NCBI GenBank assembly: GCA_039679445.1
Contig: JBDKUY010000025.1
Span: 12,362 to 76,361 of the forward strand
DNA: 64,000 bases
Origin: Methanofastidiosum sp.
GTDB taxonomy: Archaea > Methanobacteriota_B > Thermococci > Methanofastidiosales > Methanofastidiosaceae
Direction: 5' to 3'
Below are positions 35,357 to 46,071 of this stretch, one piece after another. Every line of letters begins with the position of its first letter. Position 1 is the stretch's first letter. The notes under the pieces are model-generated. The model was not told the DNA's origin. It saw nothing but the letters and a program-made list of their open reading frames with translations, and made no database searches. Made by a program: the position numbers and the translations under genes.

Positions 35357-37196
35357 CTCCCTGTTTTTCTAATAATTTACCTCTCAATCTTTCCACTTTG
35401 TTTAGATAATACTCTATTTTGATTATGATCTGTTCCGGCGTTAGTTCTTTTTCCCACCATCTTAATTCCTCATTAGTAAATGGCAGTAATTCAGGGTAAT
35501 GTTTAGAATATAGAAAGAAGATATTTTTTACTAGGTCAACTATCTTTGGTGCTACATCAAAGTATTGCATATCTCTAAAGTAGGTGCCGTATTCAGGGGA
35601 TAAACAAAAGGTCCGCTTATTGAATCCATAGATATTCCCCCGATCATCCTGGACCACTTCGGTTGATTCGCCCTTTTCTATAAGTCCGAATCTAGCCAAC
35701 ATATTAGTATGATAATTGATGGTAGTCCTGGCAAGAGATAATTCATCCATAAGACTGTAATAGTCCTGGTAGTTTGAAGATCCTAGGATTTGCAGAATTT
35801 CCAATCGGACAGGTGAGAAGAACATTTGCCCGACTTTTCTTAATGATTCATTTAGAGCTCTAAGTTCTGATTTTATGGCCTTGTATTTTTCCGTTTTAGT
35901 CAAGTTCATTTTTTGCAGGTCATTTAAAATATCCTGTTTACGCCTTAAATCCCTAAAAAGTTCAGATTCTTTTGCAAAGTCCGGCAGATCATAGGAAAAA
36001 TGAGAGATCCTAATATCGCTAGTAAGATCTCTCTTAAAAAAATCCAGAAAATCCGATAGCATGGAGGAAACGCTAAAGGATTCTGGTGAAACTAACCCAT
36101 AGGAGGCATATTCCGGCATTAAGTCTTTTATGGAATCTTGGTTTAGATGATCTTCATTTTTATGTAATAACGCCACAAATTGATCATATAGAAAAGAATT
36201 TTCTTTATTGAAATATTCATCATTGTCCTGGACAATAAAATCCCTACTCATGATTTCCGCACAAATCAGGAAGAAAGTTAATAAACATTGATAGAATCTT
36301 AAAGCCCTTAAAGTATCAGTTTCACTATTCATTATTATTTTTACTTCTACTTTAGGGTGATAACCCAATTCGTTCTTTTTTGTTTGCCTAAATTCCTTTG
36401 GAAAATAAACTTTTAGGCTTATTGAATTTCCTATATCCACTCCTAGTTTTTCGCTAAATTCTTTTAATGAAAAGTTACCACGAAATAGAGAATTAAATTT
36501 ATCTCTATTATAATGCCTCATTATAGTTGAATCAATTTGGATAGATTTATCGGAATAACAGGATAATGTATAAAAAAATGAATCTAAAGAGGCCATCAAT
36601 GCCGGAGTTTTTAATCTGTTAATTCTAACATATTTTTCGGTGAAAGATATATATTCTTTAACCCTTGAAAGGTCAATATCTCTAGTTCCTATTTTTAATT
36701 TAGAAATAAAATTATAAAAAATTTCTTTAGTTTTTTGAGAATCGTGCTTTAAAGCACCGCTTTTAGGCCAAACTTGAAATGTTGTAGTTCCTTTTCCTAT
36801 ATGGACATTTATACTAATCCCTTTATCATTATTCCAATCAGGATAAACTTTTATGAAAAGTTTATCAGGAATAAGTTTATAGCCATCATCCGTTTTTTTG
36901 CTCTTTATCCACATTAGTCTTTTTGATTCAAGATCATTCTTATTGCCACTCCAAGAACAACTATACCCTATAATAAATCCGTTCCAGTCAAATTTAAATT
37001 CTGGTGTTCTAGTTTTTTTCTGATAATATGGACTATTGCTTTTGGCATTTGTTTTATTCTTGTAATTATCCCACTCCTGGAGTTTTTTTACTTCTTTGAA
37101 CATGGCACTAGTTAAGGCCATGTAAATAGCATCAGAATCAAACTTGAAAGTATAGCTTAACGCATGTTGTATGGGCAATGGTGAAACATGGACCAA
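35349..37196 (-). CDS. 615-aa orphan protein with C-terminal ArsR-like wHTH (candidate replication or regulatory protein)
   Basis: RLEILQILGSSNYQDYYSLMDELSLARTTINYHTNMLARFGLIEKG is wHTH-like. No Walker, HUH or primase motifs seen in the N-terminal 450 aa. Confidence 0.55.
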   Translation of the reverse strand: MVHVSPLPIQHALSYTFKFDSDAIYMALTSAMFKEVKKLQEWDNYKNKTNAKSNSPYYQKKTRTPEFKFDWNGFIIGYSCSWSGNKNDLESKRLMWIKSKKTDDGYKLIPDKLFIKVYPDWNNDKGISINVHIGKGTTTFQVWPKSGALKHDSQKTKEIFYNFISKLKIGTRDIDLSRVKEYISFTEKYVRINRLKTPALMASLDSFFYTLSCYSDKSIQIDSTIMRHYNRDKFNSLFRGNFSLKEFSEKLGVDIGNSISLKVYFPKEFRQTKKNELGYHPKVEVKIIMNSETDTLRALRFYQCLLTFFLICAEIMSRDFIVQDNDEYFNKENSFLYDQFVALLHKNEDHLNQDSIKDLMPEYASYGLVSPESFSVSSMLSDFLDFFKRDLTSDIRISHFSYDLPDFAKESELFRDLRRKQDILNDLQKMNLTKTEKYKAIKSELRALNESLRKVGQMFFSPVRLEILQILGSSNYQDYYSLMDELSLARTTINYHTNMLARFGLIEKGESTEVVQDDRGNIYGFNKRTFCLSPEYGTYFRDMQYFDVAPKIVDLVKNIFFLYSKHYPELLPFTNEELRWWEKELTPEQIIIKIEYYLNKVERLRGKLLEKQGDG

Positions 37197-37256
37197 GTTC
37201 TCTATATCGTTAATAAATTCCTTGGTGATGGCTATTTGATTAGTTATATAGACACC

Positions 37257-37568
37257 TTAGAATTTAGGATCTCTCTCAATAATGTTTTTTACATTATCCA
37301 ATCTTTCAGAATTGCCGTTATTTTTGGTCCAAATTTCCGGAGGATATTCTTTAAGGCATAGATCAATAAGATCATCGAGGGGAAGATCTGAATGAATAGG
37401 CCAGATTTTAGCCATATCAAATCTAGTTTGTGCCAAAATACCTCTTTTTGAAAGTGAATCGTTGGGATCAATCCCGTATCTTTTTAAACTCTCTAAAATT
37501 TCCTGGTCCGAAAAGGACATTTTCTTTAATTTTCTAGAATTTTCTTTATTTATGGAGTTTCCAATCAT
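37257..37568 (-). CDS. Hypothetical protein (last element gene before the tRNA)
   Basis: 103-aa ORF. No motif recognised. Confidence 0.4.
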   Translation of the reverse strand: MIGNSINKENSRKLKKMSFSDQEILESLKRYGIDPNDSLSKRGILAQTRFDMAKIWPIHSDLPLDDLIDLCLKEYPPEIWTKNNGNSERLDNVKNIIERDPKF

Positions 37569-37615
37569 TTTATTACCTGATTTTTTACTCCACTAGATAG
37601 AGAATAGGGAAATAG

Positions 37616-37667
37616 CGGGCCTGATGGGATTTGAACCCACGATCTCAGGGTCCGAAGCCCTGCGCCA
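37616..37667 (-). repeat. att direct repeat (right), inside the intact tRNA-Arg
   Basis: 49/52 identity with 16408-16459. Confidence 0.85.
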
Positions 37668-37688
37668 TATCCACTAGACTACAGGCCC
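37616..37688 (-). tRNA. tRNA-Arg (anticodon UCG)
   Basis: Hand-folded cloverleaf: acceptor GGGCCTG/CAGGCCC, anticodon stem CAGGG/CCCTG with loop CTTCGGA, T-arm GTGGG-TTCAAAT-CCCAT, discriminator G, no encoded CCA. Confidence 0.85.
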
Positions 37689-37785
37689 CCTGTAGAATCT
37701 CTATATGAGAATTTATAAATATATTCGAAATCCTTAAATATTAATTAAAATAAACCTGTTTAGACTCTTTTAGGAGAGAAAAATA

Positions 37786-38400
37786 ATGGGCAAAAGACGC
37801 AAAGTATCAAAACCTTTTAAGTATAAGCCGGTAAGTGTAAAGGATCTTTTAGTTGAGATGAAAGATATCTCTGAACTAATGGTCGACTTAGCCTATTCTT
37901 CAATCCTTTTCAAAAATAAGGAAATAGCAGAGGATGTTACCGAACTTGAGAGCAGGATGGATGAACTAAATTATAGGATAAGGATAACAGCAATGCTAGC
38001 CGCTAGAAGCGTTGAAGATGCAGAGAGAATTTCAGCTGTTTTGCAATTTGCCTCTGCCTCCGAAAAAATATCAAATGCAGCTGGAGATTTGTCCAATATT
38101 ATCTTAAGAGATATAAAAATACATCCAATCGTTTACGAGGCTCTTGAAGACGCTGAAGAGCAAATAGAAAAATATGAAGTATCTCCTAAATCAAAACTAT
38201 CGCACATGACATTAAAAAAGGCAGAACTGGGATCTAAAATAGGAACATATATAATCGCTGTAAAAAGAAAAGATTCTATCAAATATAACCCTTCTAAAGG
38301 ATTTGTTATTAAAGAGGGAGATATACTCATTGCAAGGGGCAGTAATACCGGTCTTGAAATATTAAAGAGTATATGTAGTGGTATAAAAACAAAGTGGTGA
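37786..38400 (+). CDS. PhoU-like plus TrkA-C (RCK_C) domain protein
   Basis: Helical N-domain (LLVEMKDISELMVDLAYSS...) and C-terminal LGSKIGTYIIAVKR...GDILIARG. First of a paralogous tandem pair. Confidence 0.55.
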   Translation: MGKRRKVSKPFKYKPVSVKDLLVEMKDISELMVDLAYSSILFKNKEIAEDVTELESRMDELNYRIRITAMLAARSVEDAERISAVLQFASASEKISNAAGDLSNIILRDIKIHPIVYEALEDAEEQIEKYEVSPKSKLSHMTLKKAELGSKIGTYIIAVKRKDSIKYNPSKGFVIKEGDILIARGSNTGLEILKSICSGIKTKW

Positions 38401-38404
38401 TATA

Positions 38405-38977
38405 ATGGAAACTGGTATGGCAGATATATTAACGCAGATGAAAAATAATTCAGAATTAATGGTTGCCCTATCATACACTGCCCTTTTATACAATAATAAA
38501 TACATAGCAGAGGAAGTAATGGAACTTGAAGAGATTGTAGATAAACTGAACTATGAAATGGGTAGAAAAATACTTCAAAAGGCGTCTAAGGTCAGTAACC
38601 CTGAAGACCTACTAAGTCTGATTTATATAACTGAGGCAACTGAAGCGATTGCAGACGCCGCTTCTGAAATAGCCGATATTGTAACTAGAGGAATTGATGC
38701 TCACCCAATATTTAAAGAGGCCATGAAAGAAACTGATCAGATCACTGCTAGGGTAAAGATATGCTCAGGCTCCATTATTATAAATAAAACTTTCCAGGAA
38801 ATAAAACTACAAAGTAAGACAGGCATATACATATTTCTCATAAAGAGAGATAAAGACTACATTTACTCCCCAAAGAAAAACTTCAAATTGAACGAAGGGG
38901 ATATACTCTATGGTATTGGCATGGAAAGTGGTATAGAAAAATTACAAGAACTTGCTAACTGCAAGCTTCAGGCATAA
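38405..38977 (+). CDS. PhoU-like plus TrkA-C (RCK_C) domain protein, paralogue
   Basis: Same architecture as 37786-38400 (ILTQMKNNSELMVALSYTA...GDILYGIG). Confidence 0.55.
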   Translation: METGMADILTQMKNNSELMVALSYTALLYNNKYIAEEVMELEEIVDKLNYEMGRKILQKASKVSNPEDLLSLIYITEATEAIADAASEIADIVTRGIDAHPIFKEAMKETDQITARVKICSGSIIINKTFQEIKLQSKTGIYIFLIKRDKDYIYSPKKNFKLNEGDILYGIGMESGIEKLQELANCKLQA

Positions 38978-40016
38978 TTTTTAGTTTTAATTTTCCAGTT
39001 AATCTCATGAATAGGACAGACAACCCACCTGCAATAAACAGATAAATCATTAGAATTTCTAAAGATATAGAGCCCAGGATAAACTTAGCAGATTGATATA
39101 GGATAAATGAGAATACTGCTGTGAAAAATGTTAGTGCAAGTGTACTCATTACTTCCTTCTTATTTGTAGAGTAAGCTTCTAGAAATCTACCAAACATCGC
39201 TATTGCAAAAGCAACGTAAATGAGTTCAATCCTTGATAGAATTGTTGCAATTACCAAAGGTACGCTTTGCCAAGTTGGAAATTGAATGAGATAGTAATAA
39301 CTCTGCCATACCCCAATAGTACCTAATAATACAGCAATGAGATAAAAAACAAATCCCACCCTTTTTGGTGAAAACTCTTTCTTTAAGAAATTGTCAATCC
39401 CAAATCCCTTGAAGAACAGGTAGATTCCTAGAATAAATAAAAATCCAAACCAGCCTATCTGAGGTTTTCCCAACAAAAATGCCACACCAAAAAGAAGGAA
39501 GATTAGTCCGGGCGCCCCTAGCATAAGTCCTGCAAGTTTTCGGTCTTCCATGACCTCCCTTATATATCTATGAAGAATAAAGTATGTTTCTTCGATTGTT
39601 TCACTTTGCTGTATAACTATCCTATCTATAGATATTATTTGCACCTTTGATTGAATGGCCGGCAAGATATTCTCATCTTCACGCCCATCTGTGACAAGAA
39701 TTACACCTTTTACTTTTATTTTTTTAAGAACATAGTCAAGTTGATCGGATAGCACTATATCAGATTTTACACCAACGTCAGAATCCCCAGTAAGAGCTAC
39801 GACTTCACAAGGTGTGTCCTCTTTTTTCAATTTTCGAAAGACTTGGATTGCCCTAAAAAGAACATTTGTATCTGATTCTGTAGGATCGGCTATACCAAGT
39901 TCCATGGCTGCATTTAGGATACTTTTTTCTCCTATAATCGGCCCTTGAATACCTGTTTTTACCCCCAGGTCATTATCTCTATCAACTGAGAGCACCAATA
40001 TTTTCTTCTCAAACAT
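38955..40016 (-). CDS. DUF373-like archaeal membrane protein
   Basis: Soluble N-domain LVLSVDRDNDLGVKTG...VILVTDGRED, followed by about 7 TM helices. Confidence 0.5.
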   Translation of the reverse strand: MFEKKILVLSVDRDNDLGVKTGIQGPIIGEKSILNAAMELGIADPTESDTNVLFRAIQVFRKLKKEDTPCEVVALTGDSDVGVKSDIVLSDQLDYVLKKIKVKGVILVTDGREDENILPAIQSKVQIISIDRIVIQQSETIEETYFILHRYIREVMEDRKLAGLMLGAPGLIFLLFGVAFLLGKPQIGWFGFLFILGIYLFFKGFGIDNFLKKEFSPKRVGFVFYLIAVLLGTIGVWQSYYYLIQFPTWQSVPLVIATILSRIELIYVAFAIAMFGRFLEAYSTNKKEVMSTLALTFFTAVFSFILYQSAKFILGSISLEILMIYLFIAGGLSVLFMRLTGKLKLKIMPEACS

Positions 40017-40314
40017 CGATTTCTACCATCTTCTTTTTGACTGAGTCTAACTTATCTTGCATAGAAGACTTCTTGTCTAATCTATAATCAATCTTTACGT
40101 TAGTTATAATTCTTTCTATTCCCATTTCAAATATTAAGTTATGCGAATAATCGATTAACTTGGATATCTCATTCCACTCACCTTCTACAATTGTACCCAT
40201 AGGTGTGAGTTGATATTTTAATCCACTTTTTTCTATGTTTTTTATAACTACTGCGATATAACGACTAAGAGATGTTCCAACTCCAATAGGGACAAAAGAT
40301 ATTTCCGCTATCAA
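40009..40314 (-). CDS. MTH1187/YkoF-like (UPF0045) small protein
   Basis: IAEISFVPIGVGTSLSRYIAVVIKNIEKSGLKYQLTPMGTIVEG is the family signature. Confidence 0.7.
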   Translation of the reverse strand: MIAEISFVPIGVGTSLSRYIAVVIKNIEKSGLKYQLTPMGTIVEGEWNEISKLIDYSHNLIFEMGIERIITNVKIDYRLDKKSSMQDKLDSVKKKMVEIDV

Positions 40315-41177
40315 ATATTTCCCCCAGCCTGGAGAATCTTAAGTTCGTCCAAGGTAAGTTTTTCTCCATTTTTAAATTTCTCTAAGATATCCTCACTTTT
40401 CTTTGATATTTCTATTTTCTTTTCTTTTATCTTTTTCTCTTTTTCCTGTTTCTCAGTTTTTCTTGAATTAATTTCTAATCCTTTGATTTTAGCCCTTAGT
40501 TCTCTTATTTTGTCATATAGTTCATCAACATATTTTTTCTTTTCAATATAGTTCTTGTGTATTGTATCTGCTTCTTTTTTGATATCTTCAGAACTATTGA
40601 AATAGTATATCATACGCTCATGATACTTAGTGGATTCATCCGAAAGCTCTAGGACTTTTTTATGGTATTCCTCAGAATTTTTTTTCAATGTATCTAAATC
40701 TTTTCGAGAAAAGCGGGCTTCTTTGGAAAGAGCTTCATAGTTTTTAGATTCTTTAAGGTCTTTTTTTAAGTCCTTTATGATGTCAACAAGTTGTCGTTCT
40801 TTATCCAATGAAAGAACTTCAGTTTCAAGTTTCCATTCAATATTGTCAATCTTTTTTTCAATCTCTGAAGAGGAAGTAATATCCTTGTTCTTTGTAGCTT
40901 CTTTAATTTTATTCAAAGATTCATAAATTACTCTTAGTTTAGAGCTATTTTCTTCACGTAGTGCCTTATATTTTTTTGTTTCCTCATTAGCTTTATCTCT
41001 AAGTTCCTTGTTTTCCTTGCCTTTCTTAATCAGATCAGAAACTTGAGCGTTCTTTTCATCTCTTTTTTGCTTTAAGGCCAAAAGCTCTTTTTTATATGAT
41101 TCCGCCTCAGATTCCAAAGCCTTTAATTCTTGTGAAATTTTTATAATTTCATCGTCTACTGAACCTTCCAAAGACAT
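40311..41177 (-). CDS. Archaeal coiled-coil protein (COG1340-like)
   Basis: 288 aa, continuous K/E-rich heptad repeats. Confidence 0.5.
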   Translation of the reverse strand: MSLEGSVDDEIIKISQELKALESEAESYKKELLALKQKRDEKNAQVSDLIKKGKENKELRDKANEETKKYKALREENSSKLRVIYESLNKIKEATKNKDITSSSEIEKKIDNIEWKLETEVLSLDKERQLVDIIKDLKKDLKESKNYEALSKEARFSRKDLDTLKKNSEEYHKKVLELSDESTKYHERMIYYFNSSEDIKKEADTIHKNYIEKKKYVDELYDKIRELRAKIKGLEINSRKTEKQEKEKKIKEKKIEISKKSEDILEKFKNGEKLTLDELKILQAGGNI

Positions 41178-41262
41178 ACCTCAACTTGTAAATATTAGTA
41201 TCATTTATAATTATTTTGGTTAAATCAGTTAAGAATATATATTTCATCCTATAATTAGACTT

Positions 41263-42684
41263 ATGTCTCTTATTTTTGGAGCCGGTAAAATAGGATATGC
41301 AGTATCTTTAGTACTTAAAAAGAGAGGCAAAGAAGTAGTGGTCATAGATAAAAATATGCAGGCTTTGAGCAGGGCCGAAACTATTGGTTGTAAAACTTAT
41401 CTATTTGATTTTACTAAATCATTTAATCTTATAGAGGTAAATATTTCAAAATTTAAAGAAATAATTATCACTACTTCAGACCATAAGATCAATATTGAAG
41501 CTTTGAAAATTTCAAGAGAGCTCAATAAAGAAGCTTTGATAATTGTTAACGCCCCTAGTTCAGAACATATCTCCGGACTTAAAAAATTGGGGGCAGATTT
41601 TGTTGTTACCCCAGATAGATCTATGGCGCAAATAATAATAAATCAGCTTGAACTTTCAAATTATTGGAGAAATAAAGACACATTAAAAAAAATACTTGAG
41701 AAATCCAAGTCCTTAGCAATTGTAATGCATGATAATCCTGACCCAGACGCAATGTCAAGCGCTTATGCCCTTAAAACAATTGCAGAAAGTTTGAAGGTAA
41801 ATGTAGATATATATTATGGTGGCGAAATTAGTCACGAAGGAAACAAATTGATGGTTGAACTTTTGAAATGGGATTTCAAGAAGATAGCCGAACATAAGAA
41901 ATATGTCTTAAGAGAGTATGATAAAATTGCATTAATCGATATGCCAAATCTGTCTAATACGACTATATTCCCATCGGAAATAAAACCAGATATTATAATT
42001 GATCATCATTATACTGAAGAAGAAAAAATAAATGCAGAATTCATGGATATAAGACCTAAAGTTGGTGCAACTGCCACCATTATGACTTCTTATTTGAGAG
42101 ATTTTGGTATTGAAGTAAATGAGCAATTAGCCACAGGATTAATGTATGGGATTCTTGTTGATACTAATAACTTTAAACGAAATTTTGAGAAGGAAGATAC
42201 CGAGGCCGTATATTATTTAAAACCCAAGATTAATAAAGAACTTTTGAATATTATTGAAAATCCTAATATTTCTCAAGATACTCTTGATGTTTTGTCTAAG
42301 GCGATAAATAACAAGAAGCTTTACGACAAATATGTCATTTCCAATGTTGGATATGTAGATAATAAGGAATCATTGTCTCAATCTGCAGATCTATTATTGA
42401 AACTTGAAGGGATTACTGTATCCATAGTTATTGGAATAATTGAAGATTATGTATACGTATCTGCTAGGTCAAGGGACCAGATTATTGATATCAGCAAGAT
42501 AATTACAAAGGCTTTTTCTAAAATGGGTTCTGCAGGAGGGCATATGAATTTTGCCGCTACAAAGATATCTCTTGGGGCTTTCGGTTATAGTGAAGACAAG
42601 GATATTTTAGTAAAAATAGTAGGGGATACTATATCGGAGTACTTCTTTAAGACTTTAAAATTAAATAGTAAAGGTTCAATATAA
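41263..42684 (+). CDS. DHH/DHHA1 phosphoesterase with N-terminal TrkA-N-like Rossmann domain
   Basis: IFGAGKIGYAV; HDNPDPDAMSS; IIIDHHY; VDTNNF; GGHMNFA. Confidence 0.7.
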   Translation: MSLIFGAGKIGYAVSLVLKKRGKEVVVIDKNMQALSRAETIGCKTYLFDFTKSFNLIEVNISKFKEIIITTSDHKINIEALKISRELNKEALIIVNAPSSEHISGLKKLGADFVVTPDRSMAQIIINQLELSNYWRNKDTLKKILEKSKSLAIVMHDNPDPDAMSSAYALKTIAESLKVNVDIYYGGEISHEGNKLMVELLKWDFKKIAEHKKYVLREYDKIALIDMPNLSNTTIFPSEIKPDIIIDHHYTEEEKINAEFMDIRPKVGATATIMTSYLRDFGIEVNEQLATGLMYGILVDTNNFKRNFEKEDTEAVYYLKPKINKELLNIIENPNISQDTLDVLSKAINNKKLYDKYVISNVGYVDNKESLSQSADLLLKLEGITVSIVIGIIEDYVYVSARSRDQIIDISKIITKAFSKMGSAGGHMNFAATKISLGAFGYSEDKDILVKIVGDTISEYFFKTLKLNSKGSI

Positions 42685-42742
42685 ATTGAACCATATCGAA
42701 ATATATAAATATAGAGCATTATAAGTTTCTATTGGTGATGAA

Positions 42743-43615
42743 ATGAAAAAATCCTTTATGATACTTGGTGCAATTGGAGTAATTGCAATCTTAATTTCAG
42801 GATTCTTTATAGGAACTTTTTTTTTAGGACCAAATATATACTCCAAGAGAGTTATTTACGATGAAGGTGTTGCTTACTCCCCAGGATACGGCGGTGCCCC
42901 TCAGACCGATACCTATTCAAAAACTGTTTACCAGAGTTATACGGAATCAAGTGAATTAAATTCAAATGATCGAAAAGTTGTCAAAAATGGGAATGCAAAT
43001 ATAGAAGTTGAAAACTTTGATTCTTCTATCTCAAAAATTAAAGAACTGGCCATTAAATACGAAGGATACGTAACAAACTCGAATATGTGGATTTCTGATT
43101 CAGAAACAAAAAGCGGTAATATTACAGTAAAGATACCGGAAAAAAGATTTGAAGAGTTTAGTGATTCTTTAGTCCAAATTGGAAAGATTAAATCCAAAGA
43201 AACTTCGGGATACGATGTTACTGAAGAGTATATAGATTTACAGGCAAGATTAAAAAACTTGAAAAATCAGGAAAAAAGGTACACAGAACTTCTAGACATG
43301 GCTAAGGATGTACAAGACGTTCTTGCAATTGAAGTCCAACTTGGGAGAATCAGAGGCGAGATAGAAAGTTATGAGGGAAGATTAAAATATCTCGATAATA
43401 CAACAACTTTTGGTACATTTTATATAAATCTATATGAACCTGAAAAGATTGCCCACGAGTGGGGCATAAAGAACACATTTGATAGAGCCATAGATGCATT
43501 CATAGTTTCAGTTGCTGGAATAATAATATTGGGCGGATTCTTTATACCAATATTAATCCTTCTTGGGGTAATATACGTAATAGTAAAATATATTAGGAAA
43601 AGAGTAAAAAAATAA
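42743..43615 (+). CDS. DUF4349-like membrane protein
   Basis: N-terminal TM, central coiled coil (LQARLKNLKNQEKRYTELL), C-terminal TM. Architecture typical of DUF4349. Confidence 0.5.
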   Translation: MKKSFMILGAIGVIAILISGFFIGTFFLGPNIYSKRVIYDEGVAYSPGYGGAPQTDTYSKTVYQSYTESSELNSNDRKVVKNGNANIEVENFDSSISKIKELAIKYEGYVTNSNMWISDSETKSGNITVKIPEKRFEEFSDSLVQIGKIKSKETSGYDVTEEYIDLQARLKNLKNQEKRYTELLDMAKDVQDVLAIEVQLGRIRGEIESYEGRLKYLDNTTTFGTFYINLYEPEKIAHEWGIKNTFDRAIDAFIVSVAGIIILGGFFIPILILLGVIYVIVKYIRKRVKK

Positions 43616-43624
43616 TATTTTATT

Positions 43625-43783
43625 TTATTTTTTTGGAATTGATTGTGGTACATACTGAGTATTTCTTTCGTTGCCTTTTAACGGAGGTTTACTCAAAGTA
43701 TTTCTTTTCCTACTAAGTCCCTCTATTATTGCAAATAATGCTATCAATCCTATTACAATTGCTATGAAAACATAGAACTCCAT
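43625..43783 (-). CDS. Possible 52-aa single-pass membrane protein
   Basis: MEFYVFIAIVIGLIALFAIIEGLSRKRN... Below the ORF-track cutoff, in an intergenic position. Confidence 0.3.
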   Translation of the reverse strand: MEFYVFIAIVIGLIALFAIIEGLSRKRNTLSKPPLKGNERNTQYVPQSIPKK

Positions 43784-43842
43784 AATTTCACCTTGTCATT
43801 GGTTTAAAAAAAAGGTATATAAAATTATTGGTTGAGATATTT

Positions 43843-44340
43843 TTATTTACCGCAACCACAGCCACTAGATGATCCTCCGTCTCTTCCGCCGCCCGCAGAA
43901 TTACTAGTACTTAGCCCCATTGATTCAGTGTCTAATGCAAATAACTTGGATATTTTAGTACTTACTGGACCTTTCCCATCGTTTGTTCTAAACCAATATT
44001 CTATATCCCATTCTTTTGCCTTTGGCGCAAATTTGAAAAGTTCATCTTCATACATAGGCAGGATATACAATATTCCATCTTTCGAATTGTTATCAGTTAT
44101 ATCTGCTTTAATCATTTCTCTTCTTGACCCATTTATAAAGACAAACATATATCTGGGTAGATCTCCATCAGCGTCTTTATATTCTACTTGAAATTTATAA
44201 GAAAATGTGTTATTCTTGAAAGTGTACAAAAGAACTCCGTTTTGAAGTTCTGGGGACGTATTTTCTGTGGCCAATATAGGGGAAACAAATAGAGATATCG
44301 CAAATATCAATGTTAATAAGACCATAATTATTTTATTCAT
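43843..44340 (-). CDS. Secreted protein with C-terminal GCGCGK tail
   Basis: Signal peptide MNKIIMVLLTLIFAISLFVSPILA. No motif recognised. Confidence 0.5.
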   Translation of the reverse strand: MNKIIMVLLTLIFAISLFVSPILATENTSPELQNGVLLYTFKNNTFSYKFQVEYKDADGDLPRYMFVFINGSRREMIKADITDNNSKDGILYILPMYEDELFKFAPKAKEWDIEYWFRTNDGKGPVSTKISKLFALDTESMGLSTSNSAGGGRDGGSSSGCGCGK

Positions 44341-44409
44341 TTTTTTACCTCCAATACTGCTTAAGATAAATTTTTAAAAAATATTTATATAAGCTTTTGT
44401 ATTGATATT

Positions 44410-44784
44410 CTATAGAAGTTTCAGATTCCCCACTATCTTATCAATTTCATCCTCTGGGGCGGGCCCTATACCCAAAACAGTGATTGTTCCAGGAGGGATT
44501 TCTGTTAATCCCGCATCTTTGATTAGTTCAGTTGTCAGACCAACGCTTTTTGCCTCATTGAATACTTTAAGGAGCGAATCTAAATCATCAATCTTCAAAA
44601 CAACTTTTTTTTGCCCTTCAGAAAACCATTCAGAAAAATATTTATTTTTGTTATTTTCTGATTTTATTGCACAACTTACTGCAGCATGTGCTACTTGAGC
44701 AGATAGTTTTCCTTTTGATAATTTCAAATCATCTCTAACAACAATTGCCATTTTATATTTAAATTTGTTAAAAAAACCAAACAA
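44410..44784 (-). CDS. pth2: Peptidyl-tRNA hydrolase, archaeal type
   Basis: KMAIVVRDDLKLSKGKLSAQVAHAAV...KVVLK...TELIKDAGLTEIPPGTITVLGIGP. Confidence 0.9.
   Translation of the reverse strand: MFGFFNKFKYKMAIVVRDDLKLSKGKLSAQVAHAAVSCAIKSENNKNKYFSEWFSEGQKKVVLKIDDLDSLLKVFNEAKSVGLTTELIKDAGLTEIPPGTITVLGIGPAPEDEIDKIVGNLKLL

Positions 44785-46071
<1,287 letters not shown>

Larger units (their letters stand above)
16408..37667. mobile_element. Integrated virus-like element (provirus or integrative plasmid) of about 21 kb in tRNA-Arg(UCG)
   Basis: Bounded by the 52-nt direct repeats. Contains an intact tyrosine recombinase, an ArdC-like gene, a Zot-like NTPase and about 27 tightly packed ORFs, most of them orphans or membrane proteins. 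Confidence 0.85.

Noticed and set aside
37589-37597. The 9-mer tccactaga just inside the element repeats the D-arm region of the tRNA (37670-37678). It could be a relic of an older att site.
   Set aside because: A 9-nt match is too short to interpret.
43832-44191. 119-aa plus-strand ORF opposite the secreted protein gene 43843-44340.
   Set aside because: The minus-strand ORF has a clean signal peptide and a start context. The plus-strand ORF is Pro/Ser-rich shadow sequence.
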